From contig CBFFSA010000001.1 in assembly GCA_965644495.1 (NCBI GenBank), forward strand, positions 558,001 to 622,000: a stretch of DNA of 64,000 bases, read 5' to 3'. The stretch comes from Perkinsela sp. CCAP 1560/9. Its lineage: Eukaryota > Protista > Euglenozoa: Kinetoplastea. The notes under the pieces are model-generated. The model was not told the origin of the DNA. It made no database searches and saw nothing but the letters and a program-made list of their open reading frames with translations. Numbering within the stretch: position 1 is the first letter of the stretch; every line of letters starts with the position of its first letter. Positions 10,947 through 21,163 of the stretch are shown piece by piece. The position numbers were made by a program, and so were the translations under genes.

Positions 10947-11525
10947 TCACTCATGAATTTCCAGAATATCGGTATCGAAAATTTCAAGAAACCCCAATGA
11001 TTTCGGTCGTTTACTAACGTAAGTTTGGCCACTCAGATACGGATTGTTGGATAGAGATAGAACAATAATTCCTTCACGTAACGCCAAAAAGTCCACAATA
11101 CCTTCAAAACTATTATGTTCAAGGTAAAGCTCCGTCAGTGTGAGAGGGAGTGAATCCAACAGCACCTTACCGGTAAACTTGTTGTGCGATAAATTGAACA
11201 CTTGAAGTATTTCAGGAAGGTATTCCCAACCTACAGTCCCCGATAGTTCATTGCTTTGCAAGGAAAAGAGTACTACGGTCGAGGGAAGGTGTTGCCAACA
11301 TATTTTTCCCTTGAGAAATCTTGCACCCCAATGGATTTTTGTCACCCGCCCCTCAGAGTCCAGTATAATTCCATTCCAGTTTTTTAAAGGAACGGCTGCA
11401 CACCAAGTTGGATTCGGATTATCAATACGACGGACGAGTTGCTCTAGGTCGTATTCCACCGGAAGATATGCGCCACGTACCTTGCTTGGCCGCGAACAGC
11501 CTTCTGGGGTGTGGTTGTCCGCCAT
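10947..11525 (-). CDS. Short leucine-rich repeat protein (family copy 1)
   Basis: 22-aa repeats LP-x2-L-x2-L-x-L-x2-N-x-F/L-x-G. N-terminal KVRGAYLPVE motif and W...W-x-G cap. Confidence 0.88.
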   Translation of the reverse strand: MADNHTPEGCSRPSKVRGAYLPVEYDLEQLVRRIDNPNPTWCAAVPLKNWNGIILDSEGRVTKIHWGARFLKGKICWQHLPSTVVLFSLQSNELSGTVGWEYLPEILQVFNLSHNKFTGKVLLDSLPLTLTELYLEHNSFEGIVDFLALREGIIVLSLSNNPYLSGQTYVSKRPKSLGFLEIFDTDILEIHE

Positions 11526-11640
11526 GAAAAGAAGTTATAGTTAATGAAACCGCAGCGCAATACTGCACACAATCCTATACTTAATACTTGCTTGGGATTA
11601 AAAATAAATTTATACATTGTATGAAGGACTCTTTGACGCA

Positions 11641-11750
11641 CTCCTGTAAGTACTGTACAGTTACTACGCTACACGTAGTAGTTACTACGTGTACGCTACA
11701 CGTACAGTTACTACGCTACACGTACACTGTGTACAGTTGTATGTCTACGA
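11641..11750. repeat. Low-complexity repeat of TAC/GTA palindromic units (GTACAGTTACTACGCTACACGTA x2)
   Basis: Direct repeat and nested palindromes read from the sequence. Confidence 0.75.
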
Positions 11751-12007
11751 CTCCTGAAAGAATATGATATGCATTTGTCACAATGGACCGCAAAAGCAAA
11801 ATTAAAATTAAAGCAAGAAAAACTGCAAGAAAAATCCGCAAAACTAGCTTATGGTATCACTAATGTTAATGATATCAATATTAGTACAATCTAGATTCCT
11901 AATTAATCTACGTATCGGAAGCTCGTCTAACAGATATTTTTTCTATGTAGGAAAGAAGGCCAGATTCTACGTAGGAAAAGGAGACATTAAGATGATGAAT
12001 TCGTCTA

Positions 12008-12913
12008 CTAGAACCACCACAAACGCTTCTCGATCCACCAAGGAATATCGGGATGATCGGAACTGTCACGTACGCCTTCGACACGAGTGTGATGTGTTCC
12101 CTCAAATGAAATATCGTGTTCTTGTACTAGTTTATGGTCTAAACTTGAAGGTACATCTTCGCCTTTGTCGTTTACTTTTACGCTATTCTCAGTGGACACC
12201 CCGGACGTTAACAGCGGACGAATCTGTGGCAGATATTTCTTAGAACCGGCTAGCTCGTGCGCTTTCCGCTGTTCCTCAATAAAAGGTAGACCGAATTTAT
12301 CTTCAAAATCCGTCTGACTAATGTGATACCATGAACAGGTATGAGAAGAGGGAATGTATACCCCGCGCGAGTGACATGGTACTTGAATTTGCATACTGAT
12401 CAGCGATTGCTCATCTACCCAGCACCGAGAACCACCTCGAAGAAGACTACTTTGCTTGCGGATTGAATGCCATCTTGATGACTCTAGCCCTCGAATCAGT
12501 GCGTTAACATGAAAATGTTTCCAATGGCGCGGCCTTCCTCCGTTGATAAATAGCGTTTTTATATCACTAAGTTGCAGATCTTGAACTCGAAACATAATGG
12601 GGTAGTAGGGTGTGGGTATAGGAGGGAGAATATAACCCTTCTCTAACATAAGAGCACCCGTTGCCATGTTCGTTTGTTTGCCAAAAGGCAATACAATCAT
12701 TTTCACTGCTAATTTCAAGTGACGGACGGCATATTCCGTAATAAAGTAGGGTGTAGAGAGATATTGCCCTCCATATGCTTTAGCGTAGAGAAGTAAAATT
12801 TGACAAATGGAGAACGGAGCGACGGGTAGTCCAGTCATCACATCAATCGGAGTCGTGTCATTCCGTAGAAAGCCGAGCGCGTTTTGTTTGATAATCTTCG
12901 TACGAAAGGACAA
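12008..12913 (-). CDS. Tc38/RBP38-like (ArdC-N-like) single-stranded nucleic-acid-binding protein with two degenerate domains
   Basis: Two copies of S-x2-[FW]-[IV]-[TD]-E...aromatic-x3-Q (STPYFITEYAVRHLKLAVK...FRVQDL; SRCWVDEQSL...WYHISQT). Start uncertain: TTG at 12913, first ATG at 12838. Confidence 0.5.
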   Translation of the reverse strand: MSFRTKIIKQNALGFLRNDTTPIDVMTGLPVAPFSICQILLLYAKAYGGQYLSTPYFITEYAVRHLKLAVKMIVLPFGKQTNMATGALMLEKGYILPPIPTPYYPIMFRVQDLQLSDIKTLFINGGRPRHWKHFHVNALIRGLESSRWHSIRKQSSLLRGGSRCWVDEQSLISMQIQVPCHSRGVYIPSSHTCSWYHISQTDFEDKFGLPFIEEQRKAHELAGSKKYLPQIRPLLTSGVSTENSVKVNDKGEDVPSSLDHKLVQEHDISFEGTHHTRVEGVRDSSDHPDIPWWIEKRLWWF

Positions 12914-13104
12914 CTTTTAAGAAAACAAATCGAGACTAAGAAACATAAGGAGTGATGGTGAAATTTCTTATCTCTACAAGAGAAGGGCAAAACTGATCAC
13001 CAGCCAAAAAAACTTGAAATAAAAGGAAAAAGAAATCAAAAAGTGTAAATCGATTCTGTGCACGACGTACAGTGTATTATGTACGTTACTGTGTATCATG
13101 CTTT

Positions 13105-13875
13105 TTACGTATCCACAGATTTGCATTCAACGCCTTGCCGGCATTTCCACTCTTCGTCTTCAGTTTGGTAGAGCTTTTGGACGGACCGTAACTTATTGTG
13201 GACGGAACATACTTTTCGCGTGGCACTAACACACGGGTACTGAGGCAAACAGCATCCGTCCACGACGTACTCTTTTAAGTGATACGCATAGTGTTTGAAA
13301 CAGCGAGCGTAGGCCGGGTCCGTGCGGTAACGTTCAAGCCTGCGCAGTCGTTTATCTATGTCAGAATCGGAGGGACAAGTGCACGGTTCCTTTGCGGGAC
13401 AAATCCATTTGTCATTATCCGTGTCATACACCATACGACGTTTCCACCTTTTCATGTTGTGTTGGGAACATAGCACTGTAGGCTCTGCGGTATCAAGCTC
13501 TGCGGTGAATTGCCCATTATCTGACTTATTTTTAAACGCTGCAGCATCTTCCATAGCCTCACTCTTACATCGAAAATTTGACGTGCATCGGTACAGTGCA
13601 ATATTAGCAAGATTCGCTGAGCGAACTGTGTAATTTTGCAAAAAGCTGTCCACTGTCGATTTTTTGAGCTGTTGCAGCTCACTTATCGGTCGTATTATGC
13701 CATGTACCACACACGTAGTCGCAAGTTCTTGCTTGTTCCCTTTTACAGGTTTTCTCTTCGGTGCGCAGTACTCTCGAATACTCTGCGAGAATACTCCATC
13801 TGATACAGAGGGCACATTAGTTGGAATTCGTACATTTTTTACATTATAGCACAGAATTCGCCTCGGTAGGAGCAT
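13105..13875 (-). CDS. Protein with four C-x2-H-x3-R...C-x5-C putative zinc-finger repeats; mitochondrial-like presequence
   Basis: CVVH/CTSNFRC, CSQH/CPAKEPC, CFKH/CLPQYPC, CSVH/CRQGVEC. N-terminus MLLPRRILC. Confidence 0.75.
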   Translation of the reverse strand: MLLPRRILCYNVKNVRIPTNVPSVSDGVFSQSIREYCAPKRKPVKGNKQELATTCVVHGIIRPISELQQLKKSTVDSFLQNYTVRSANLANIALYRCTSNFRCKSEAMEDAAAFKNKSDNGQFTAELDTAEPTVLCSQHNMKRWKRRMVYDTDNDKWICPAKEPCTCPSDSDIDKRLRRLERYRTDPAYARCFKHYAYHLKEYVVDGCCLPQYPCVSATRKVCSVHNKLRSVQKLYQTEDEEWKCRQGVECKSVDT

Positions 13876-14033
13876 TGAAACAAAATACGAGAAAATTCGT
13901 ACCTATAGTACCGAATTTTGTAGAATTAAACAAGGACATTTATCAACGAATCGCCCCTTCATATTTACGCACACCAAATAATTATATTCATCCATCAATA
14001 TTTTTGATTTCAAGGCGCGCCATGGATATGCGC

Positions 14034-14834
14034 TTAGCCTTCGAAAGGTTCTTCCGCAACCTTTCTTTTCCTTTCCTTATCAGATATGCCGGACTCACTA
14101 AAATTTGACATTGGCGACAGTGAAGGCAGTATTATGTCTCTCAATTCGAAATATTGTGGAAAGATAATTCTTCGAACCGCAAGGAGGATAGCCCATCGAA
14201 ACGCACGTGTGAGAAGATGGCTGTTTTTAATTTCCCATCTAGAGCCTATACATGATCCGAAGTGAAAGTAAAACGAGGGTTCCTCAAGGAGACAGAACTG
14301 GACATAATGTTTCGCACATTTATTTGTCTGCGAGGTTTCATCCTCCTGGTAATCAGTCACACCTATTTTTATGCGAATCAAAGCGACTAGACGAAGATTC
14401 GAAAACTTTACCGCAAGAGGAAGCAGGCCCAATGATGAAACCCGTAGGGCCCCGCGAATGCCAAGTTGAAAACTGCCACTATACTCCACAAGCATATCGT
14501 AGTCCAGTTCTGTTGCCGTGGAGCGATTTCGTATGACAAGCATACGTGGCACCTCGACTCCCAAGGAAAAGCATGAGAGTGAAGCACTCGAAAGCGGCGA
14601 ATTTTGCAAAGCTAGGAGCATTTGATCTGCGACGTTCTTCTCCAATAGCTCTAAATTATTACTCTGGTTCATCCAGAGTTCGACAAGGTACAGTAGCCAA
14701 TCTGCACATTCTGTGGTGTCCTCCGGTATACGATATGTCGGCTTGGATGAGTGGCGAATTACATCGTTCTGTCGAATAAGAAAAAGAATACTCAAGCTCA
14801 CTAGCAGCAGAGAGGTCAGCACAACTGCGAACAT
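14034..14834 (-). CDS. SMP (TULIP) lipid-transfer domain protein with N-terminal membrane anchor
   Basis: TM helix at residues 1-20, then ECADWL, FSLGVEVPR and VEYSG, typical of SMP domains. Confidence 0.75.
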   Translation of the reverse strand: MFAVVLTSLLLVSLSILFLIRQNDVIRHSSKPTYRIPEDTTECADWLLYLVELWMNQSNNLELLEKNVADQMLLALQNSPLSSASLSCFSLGVEVPRMLVIRNRSTATELDYDMLVEYSGSFQLGIRGALRVSSLGLLPLAVKFSNLRLVALIRIKIGVTDYQEDETSQTNKCAKHYVQFCLLEEPSFYFHFGSCIGSRWEIKNSHLLTRAFRWAILLAVRRIIFPQYFELRDIILPSLSPMSNFSESGISDKERKRKVAEEPFEG

Positions 14835-15081
14835 TACGTTCGGTTCCTAATCAGGCACAGGAGATGCGAATGAGAAATTTTTAATTCAAGTGAAGTAGGG
14901 TGCAGCATACATGTACATAGGAAATAGGGGGGAAGTAAAATTTTCAAAACCAAACTGGAATATGGTTACGTGGGATACAATCAAAAGACAAGTTACACCC
15001 CTAACTGGTTGTACACTTTTTCAGAGTAGTAAATTTTTTTGAAGTGCATTTTCGCGCAAAAACTCAGCAAAAGCAAGTTTC

Positions 15082-17799
15082 CTATTTTTGCTCTAGCGAA
15101 GTATATTTTTCCATGTCTTCCTCACTCAGAGAGGGAGATAGAGCTTTCAAAGCTCCGACAAGATGGCTCTGATTAATTATTATCTCCCCCGTGTCGTCCA
15201 AGGCCTCGAGCAACGCATCGGAAACAAGATTATAATAATCTGCCCCAGTGTAAGCCCCTAACCGAGGCATTCTGTCAATAAGTGCATCCAAGTCTACGTC
15301 AGAATCCAATTTGCACTTCCGCGTAAGTGACTCTAGAACGCTTTTAATATCGTCCCGCTTACGTGGAGGGCCCAGATAGCAGCTCTGGTCAAACCTACCA
15401 GGTCGAAGCAGCGATTTATCCAACAGGTCGGGACGGTTAGTCGCGCCCAGCACGAAAACAAAAGCATCATGTTCCCCGCTCAACGCCCCATCCAGCTCAG
15501 CCAACAGCTGCGAAACAATGCGATCCATCACACCCCCGGAATCTCCTTTCGCCCCCCGTCGTGGGGCCAACGCGTCCAGCTCATCAAAGAATAAAACGCA
15601 CGGACTACATGCTCGCGCATCGGCAAATGTTTTTCGCACATTTTTCTCGGATTCCCCAACGTACATGTTGAGTAACTCCGATCCCTTGACATTTAAAAAA
15701 TTCATTCTACATTCTGTGGCCACAGCTTTGGCTAACAGCGTTTTCCCACACCCCGGGGGTCCATACAGGATCATCCCGGAGTGCTGGGCGACCTTGCGAA
15801 GCTGGGGGTGACGCAACGGAAGGTAGACTTTCTCCAGTATCTTTTCCTTCGCCTCACGAAGCCCTCCAATGTCATCCCAGTGGGTGCGTTCGATTTGGGT
15901 TGAGGTTTGCCGAACACCAATACGGGACGCGTGCTGATGGATGGCATCGAGGAGCAGTTTTTCCGAGATCACGGTATCATGGGGAATTGTTGCAGCTACA
16001 GCGGTAAGATCACGATAAGACATAGCATTGGTTGCGGACGCTACCACTTCCATGTCGATAGCCCGGCTTAACACCCGGCGACGCAATAAGTGGGGAAGAT
16101 AGCTCCGCCTTTCCTGCTCGGAGGGATTCGAGACGATGTGAACAATGGGAAAGAGGTAACGAAATGTGTTGGGACATTCTAAGTCTTCGACGCAAACAAT
16201 AATGGGCGTGAGGGTTGAGATTTCATGAAGGGTTTCAGCTAGTGTCTGTAGTTTAACGGTATCGTCATCCAACACAATGTTGTGGAGGATAAAGCAACAG
16301 GAAAAATCTTGCCCACCTAGACGTTTAAGAGAAGACAGAAGCTCTGCATTTCCTAAAAGAGCAAAGTGTATAGAGATGGGATTGTACCCCGCAGACTGCA
16401 CCGCGCAACACATTTGCTGAGAGAGAAGATTCTCTTCGGAGCCGAGCGCAAGGAAGGCGTATGACTGCAGGGCACGATCACCACACGTCTGCTCTTGTCG
16501 CACAAGTTGCCTGGAGAAAAACATTTGACATACCTTACTTTTCGTTTCTTCAAAGCATGGCAAGTATTTTATCTCATTCGATACAGGAACTGAGGGTAAA
16601 GGGCCGAGAGTAGCAAAGGTGCCTGAATGGTTGGCAATCCCTTTCACGCAGTGCGAGCTTCCCAGAACCACGGAAGCCGAGCCGGTTCCTGAGCCTTCTA
16701 CTCGAAAATAGTTATATCGCGAACCGTACTGCGTACTGCTATGAGGCAATATGTCTTTCACACATGTAGTTTCTAGTTCCCAAAAAGAGTTAAATCCGTT
16801 GGGCTGAATAGCACAGGCAATCATATCACCGTCATGCCATGTTAGGAATGGTTTTTGATTTTCGATGTAGCTGTTTATCGATTCAGAGACATACAGCTCT
16901 TGACCTGTGCGATAAATATCAGCCTTGTCAACGGGGTGTAACGTTACGGAAGAAGGCGAGGAATCAGTATCGTGTCTTGACAAAACGTGCATCGCGATGC
17001 TAATTTCTTTAGGTTCTGAACCCGATAAAACATTTTCCCTGGTTAGATTGTGAAACGAAGTGGGAGATATCAGCGCGGATAAACCACTTCTGGTTTCTGA
17101 CCTAGCAACAACCAGTAAATTTGAAAGCTCTTCACTACCTTTTTTTAAAATACTATGCTGCGAGTGCAAAATGAATGCTCGACGAGTACCTAACAGTACT
17201 GGTTGTGTAGATATTAGCCCCTGTGACCGCAACGTGAATGTCGACATCACCAGTATCCCATCTAGTCCTTGAAGATAGTCGCATGGTATGCAAGAGATAA
17301 TCATAGTAGGCGTTTTTTTATCAACGACATTTCCTGTGATCTCGGCTACTACTCGTGACGTGCTTTGAATTAAAGGGCTAATGACAGGAATTTGAAGAGA
17401 AGCTAGTAAGCTGAGTGGTAGGTAAGGTGTTTCATTCTTTTCCGAGGATCTCACACAGATACCAGCACCTTCGTTTCTCCTAGAGTGGTTGAATAAATCG
17501 CCATTACCAACTGGATTTTCAGCACCCTCAATAATAGAAATCGATGTTTTTGCCGTAAATTCGCCTATGAGATGAGGGAAACTGTCAATCACTTTAAATC
17601 CAACCTTCACAGGAGAGCTCTTTTCGGGAAACGTGAACTCAACATCAAGAATGTGATCTCTCGTCACTTGTACACCTTCTAACTTTTTTCTTAGTTCACT
17701 GATCTGAGCTGAAGAGAAAGGGAGTTCCAAAGGAGAGTCTACATTATGTAACAACACTAGGCTTTGTAATACTTCTGCAACAGCGTTCTCGGAGCTCAT
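15082..17799 (-). CDS. PEX6: Peroxisome biogenesis AAA ATPase PEX6
   Basis: D2 domain: GPPGCGKT, FFDELD, RRGAKGDSGGVMDRIVSQLLAELDG (PEX6 signature). D1 degenerate. Confidence 0.93.
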   Translation of the reverse strand: MSSENAVAEVLQSLVLLHNVDSPLELPFSSAQISELRKKLEGVQVTRDHILDVEFTFPEKSSPVKVGFKVIDSFPHLIGEFTAKTSISIIEGAENPVGNGDLFNHSRRNEGAGICVRSSEKNETPYLPLSLLASLQIPVISPLIQSTSRVVAEITGNVVDKKTPTMIISCIPCDYLQGLDGILVMSTFTLRSQGLISTQPVLLGTRRAFILHSQHSILKKGSEELSNLLVVARSETRSGLSALISPTSFHNLTRENVLSGSEPKEISIAMHVLSRHDTDSSPSSVTLHPVDKADIYRTGQELYVSESINSYIENQKPFLTWHDGDMIACAIQPNGFNSFWELETTCVKDILPHSSTQYGSRYNYFRVEGSGTGSASVVLGSSHCVKGIANHSGTFATLGPLPSVPVSNEIKYLPCFEETKSKVCQMFFSRQLVRQEQTCGDRALQSYAFLALGSEENLLSQQMCCAVQSAGYNPISIHFALLGNAELLSSLKRLGGQDFSCCFILHNIVLDDDTVKLQTLAETLHEISTLTPIIVCVEDLECPNTFRYLFPIVHIVSNPSEQERRSYLPHLLRRRVLSRAIDMEVVASATNAMSYRDLTAVAATIPHDTVISEKLLLDAIHQHASRIGVRQTSTQIERTHWDDIGGLREAKEKILEKVYLPLRHPQLRKVAQHSGMILYGPPGCGKTLLAKAVATECRMNFLNVKGSELLNMYVGESEKNVRKTFADARACSPCVLFFDELDALAPRRGAKGDSGGVMDRIVSQLLAELDGALSGEHDAFVFVLGATNRPDLLDKSLLRPGRFDQSCYLGPPRKRDDIKSVLESLTRKCKLDSDVDLDALIDRMPRLGAYTGADYYNLVSDALLEALDDTGEIIINQSHLVGALKALSPSLSEEDMEKYTSLEQK

Positions 17800-17919
17800 G
17801 AGTGAATCATCAAAGATAAAAGGCTTAAAATATGCACACTAAAAATATTCTGTGGAGACTGTTCTTCAACCTATCCTTGTAGGAACTACAATTCACCTTA
17901 CCGTATTAAGAGCAAAACA

Positions 17920-17985
17920 TGATTCAGTTGAGGTAAACTGTTTCAAGGTCAATCAAACGGCTCTATCCTATGAAATCATCATGCA
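17920..17985 (-). ncRNA. Box C/D snoRNA candidate, U49/SNORD49-like (LSU Cm in CGGCUCUUCCUAU)
   Basis: Minus strand: ATGATGA (17982-17976)...ATAGGATAGAGCCG-T-TTGA (D')...CTGA (17927-17924). The guide is antisense to conserved LSU CGGCUCUUCCUAU with one bulge. Confidence 0.7.
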
Positions 17986-18262
17986 GAGTAGGAACTGAGA
18001 AAGTCCGTTAAAGAAACGAATGCTGAACATAAATTTTACAATACAATGTTGACAAACATACATGACATCGACGAACATACATGACATGCATGTTATTACA
18101 TGTATGTATTACATGTTGTGGTGAACATGACATGTATGTTATTTTCATTTATAGCAGTATCAATAAAGGACTCTTTCTTCAATAAGTCGCACTCAAAATT
18201 AATTGCACGTTTGTGGTAAAGCATGTGCTGAGACAGTACCCCATATCGGCAATTACGGTGTA

Positions 18263-18964
18263 CTACATATCCCCCAAGTAGTCTAACAATTCTTGTCCAC
18301 TTATAATTCGAAACTCGTTTGGAAGAACTATTCCTACTTCGATGCTTTGAGAACTTAGCTTGTCGTCCATACTTTCCTTTAGTGTAAGGAGGGCTGTGTG
18401 TATAGCATCTTCGCGGACCATGTCGGCCACGTACCTCTTTTCTAAATACGTTCGGGCAGTGACTGCGTTTCGTCCAATAGCTGTTGCTTTCCACGGAAAG
18501 TAGCTTCCACTGGGATCGACTTGGTACAAAGCACTCCCTAACGTGTCCCAACCACACACAAGAAGGGAGACACCAAACGGCCTCACACCACCACTTTGAG
18601 TGTACTCCTGCATTACTTCCGCAATCTCACGAACAAGCTGCCGAACCGGAATAGGTTCCTCATACTGCAAACGGTACACTTGGCAAATCTTTCGCGCCTT
18701 CGCAACTAGAAGCTTCGCGTCTGGGCCGATGCCACTGTAGACGCATCCAACATGAGAGTCCAAGAGAAAAATTTTATGTACGTCTTCCGCAACGACAAGA
18801 GATGTGGGCACCCGGCGTTCAGTTGCAATAACTACCCCGGTTTCGGTTTTAATGCCCAACGAAGAGCCACCATGTCCCACAGCCTTCAGTGCATATTCAA
18901 TCTGCAGCAATTTCCCGCTTGGGTTAAAAGTTGTGAGACTAAAGCTGTACGCTCCGTCAGACAT
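18263..18964 (-). CDS. PSMA2: 20S proteasome subunit alpha-2
   Basis: YSFSLTTFNPSGKLLQIEYAL and QEYTQSGGVRPFGVSLL. ATG at 18964. Confidence 0.96.
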   Translation of the reverse strand: MSDGAYSFSLTTFNPSGKLLQIEYALKAVGHGGSSLGIKTETGVVIATERRVPTSLVVAEDVHKIFLLDSHVGCVYSGIGPDAKLLVAKARKICQVYRLQYEEPIPVRQLVREIAEVMQEYTQSGGVRPFGVSLLVCGWDTLGSALYQVDPSGSYFPWKATAIGRNAVTARTYLEKRYVADMVREDAIHTALLTLKESMDDKLSSQSIEVGIVLPNEFRIISGQELLDYLGDM

Positions 18965-19202
18965 GATTGCGAGAGTAAAGCTAGAAGTTAGACACACTTG
19001 ATGAGCGATATTTGATAAATAAAAAATATTATTGCGACTATTCCACGAGAGCTTTGAGCACGATCAAAATATATTTTCAGTATCAGAATATATTTTGAGT
19101 GGAAAACAACACAGGAAACCTGAGAGTTAAAAACGTTAATTGGACCAGGATCGCATTTTACAGAGTAAGAGTGCAATTCTATACGACTGCAATACAAATG
19201 TA

Positions 19203-19267
19203 TTATTCAGACTCTTCCTAGTCACATAAATCATGGTCGATCACGTTATGAGTTTTATCATCAGCTA
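19203..19267 (-). ncRNA. Box C/D snoRNA candidate (LSU Um in CUCUUCCUA)
   Basis: Minus strand: CTGATGA (19264-19258)...GTGA...ATGA...TAGGAAGAG-T-CTGA (19210-19207). The guide is antisense to conserved LSU CUCUUCCUA. Confidence 0.65.
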
Positions 19268-19589
19268 GAAAGGAAAAATCGTATCCCAGAATCCTACTTC
19301 TCTGTGCTGGGCTGATACAAGCGATTAATGAAAGCCAGAGCTTTAAAAATCATAATTACAGTTCGTGATAATGCAGCGTGCATCAATGGAAATCTATTTT
19401 GTGCCAGAATGCGTGTCCCCCCAAAAATAGAAAATCGTACGAACAAAGTGAATAATCTCTGTATATCCTCAAATTGATACAGTTCACGTAAATACCTCGG
19501 AACAAGGGCTTTAAACCTCACGGCATAATATGGAATTTCTCATACATTTTAAAAGATACTGTCCTTCTGTACTTTGTTGGTACATAACC

Positions 19590-19940
19590 TTAGCCCAACC
19601 TTTCTTTCCTCGGCAACGGGCAAACTCTTACTGAAACTTTTATACCCGTTGCCGGCCAACACTAAGGCCGGAACCGTTCCTCTTTATTGCTGAAGCGGGG
19701 AACGCGCCCTCACCCCTCCCCGGCTCACTCCCCTGGTGTGAGTGTGCTTCCCTCTCTCGGCTCTCATCTCTCTCTCTTGTACCTTTTCGAAGAGGCCAGG
19801 CATCACGGTGTCCTCCGTCGAGGACCATTAGACGTGTTCTTCGCTGCCCGCGACCCCCAGCTCTCTGCACCTAGCGGTTGCCCAGCTCTCCGCACCTCGG
19901 TTTTCGGGGAAGCCATTGGGTCGAAAAACGGAGGCATATA
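19590..19940. other. GC-rich non-coding island with at least six hairpins; possible structured ncRNA
   Basis: Stems such as CGGCAACGGG/CCCGTTGCCG, CGGCC/GGCCG, CGTTCC/GGAACG, CTCAC/GTGAG and GTCCTC/GAGGAC. No convincing ORF. Confidence 0.4.
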
Positions 19941-20025
19941 AGAATTTTTGAAAATCAATATTCACAACATGTAGGAGAGTGGAATATCGCTGAACACCAG
20001 TCTTTGTACTAAATCAGTCAAATCT

Positions 20026-20592
20026 CTATTTCTTCATATCGTCAATTTCTATGATCGATGTCTCATGTACTGGGCAATAAGACAAACTTGAAGGGAGCTC
20101 ACTTGCTCTCTTTGTTCCCGTAAGGCCTGTATTGTGCCGCAATGCTAGAGTCCGCATACCGGAAGGAAGACAAGAAAAATCAACGTGCCCACTTAATTGA
20201 TTTCGGGAAAAAAATATTTCTTCAAGGGATTTAGGAAGGTGACACAAATCTGGAGTGCCGGTAAAGTTGTTGTACGAACCACGAAGAAAAGCAAGATTTG
20301 GCGGCAAGTCACTGAGGTCTACATCACCTGATAATTCGTTGCGATGAACACAAAATCTTACCAACGAACGGGGAAACTTTTCCCATTGCAAAGTTCCAAT
20401 AAGATTGTGACTGTCCACTAAGAATTCGGTGAGTATTCCATCCTCAGAGCACCGTACTCCCTTCCATTTGCATGCAGCTGTGTCCGCTGTCCACGATGAC
20501 AGCGGGTTACGAATATCTTTAATCATTTGAAGCAGCATGAATTCGGCGGGTAAAGATGTACCTCGCACTTTGTGAGCACGCCGGTAGTCCAT
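20026..20592 (-). CDS. Short leucine-rich repeat protein (family copy 2)
   Basis: KVRGTSLPAE motif, LRRNT_2-like cap SSW...CKWKGVRC, 22-aa LRRs. Confidence 0.9.
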   Translation of the reverse strand: MDYRRAHKVRGTSLPAEFMLLQMIKDIRNPLSSWTADTAACKWKGVRCSEDGILTEFLVDSHNLIGTLQWEKFPRSLVRFCVHRNELSGDVDLSDLPPNLAFLRGSYNNFTGTPDLCHLPKSLEEIFFSRNQLSGHVDFSCLPSGMRTLALRHNTGLTGTKRASELPSSLSYCPVHETSIIEIDDMKK

Positions 20593-21163
20593 GTATAAAC
20601 AATTTAATTTATTACACTTTGTTCCAAAGAAAAAGAAATTTCAACGAAATATTCACCTTGATCTAGAAGAAAGCGACAAGCAAACCAAGTAGCAAACATG
20701 AAATTATTTCCTTTTCTCAAAACGTGCTGCAACTACTACTAGTAGCAGTACTGTAACTATGGCACATGTCTACAAAGTTTTACAAACCAATTCGTAACCT
20801 GTACAGCATACAAATGATGGAAAAAGCAAAAGAAGCACATACACTAATCATCGACTGAACATCTGCCAGCCACGCAAACAGCGCTTTCGTGCTATACAAA
20901 CAGCAAAAATATTTTTCAAGTTTGTTACAAGATTAGTATGATATCAAATCTCCAAAAAACTGAGTGCATAAAGCTAATCTGGACGACACACACTATTTTG
21001 AGCCCAAAACTACCAATAAGTTCTGTTCAGCCCTCTCCTCAATTACAATGGACAACTTCTTTTTCGGATCTTGCATCATGCCGCCCAATAAAAAATGCAA
21101 TGAATGATGATTCCTATCGCATTTAGCAACCGCTAATTGAATTATTCACATTATACCATGGCT

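Noticed and set aside
19590-19940. Telomerase RNA, SRP RNA, SECIS or HDV-like ribozyme as the specific identity of the structured island
   Set aside because: No CCCUAACCC template, no helix-8 CCAGG-GNRA-AGCA, and no AUGA/GA core tied to a Sec ORF. GCTGGGCAAC is present but lacks the P3/L3 motif.
21027-21079. C/D-like box pairs here and at 26335-26377
   Set aside because: Non-canonical C boxes, too short, and no recognisable rRNA guide.
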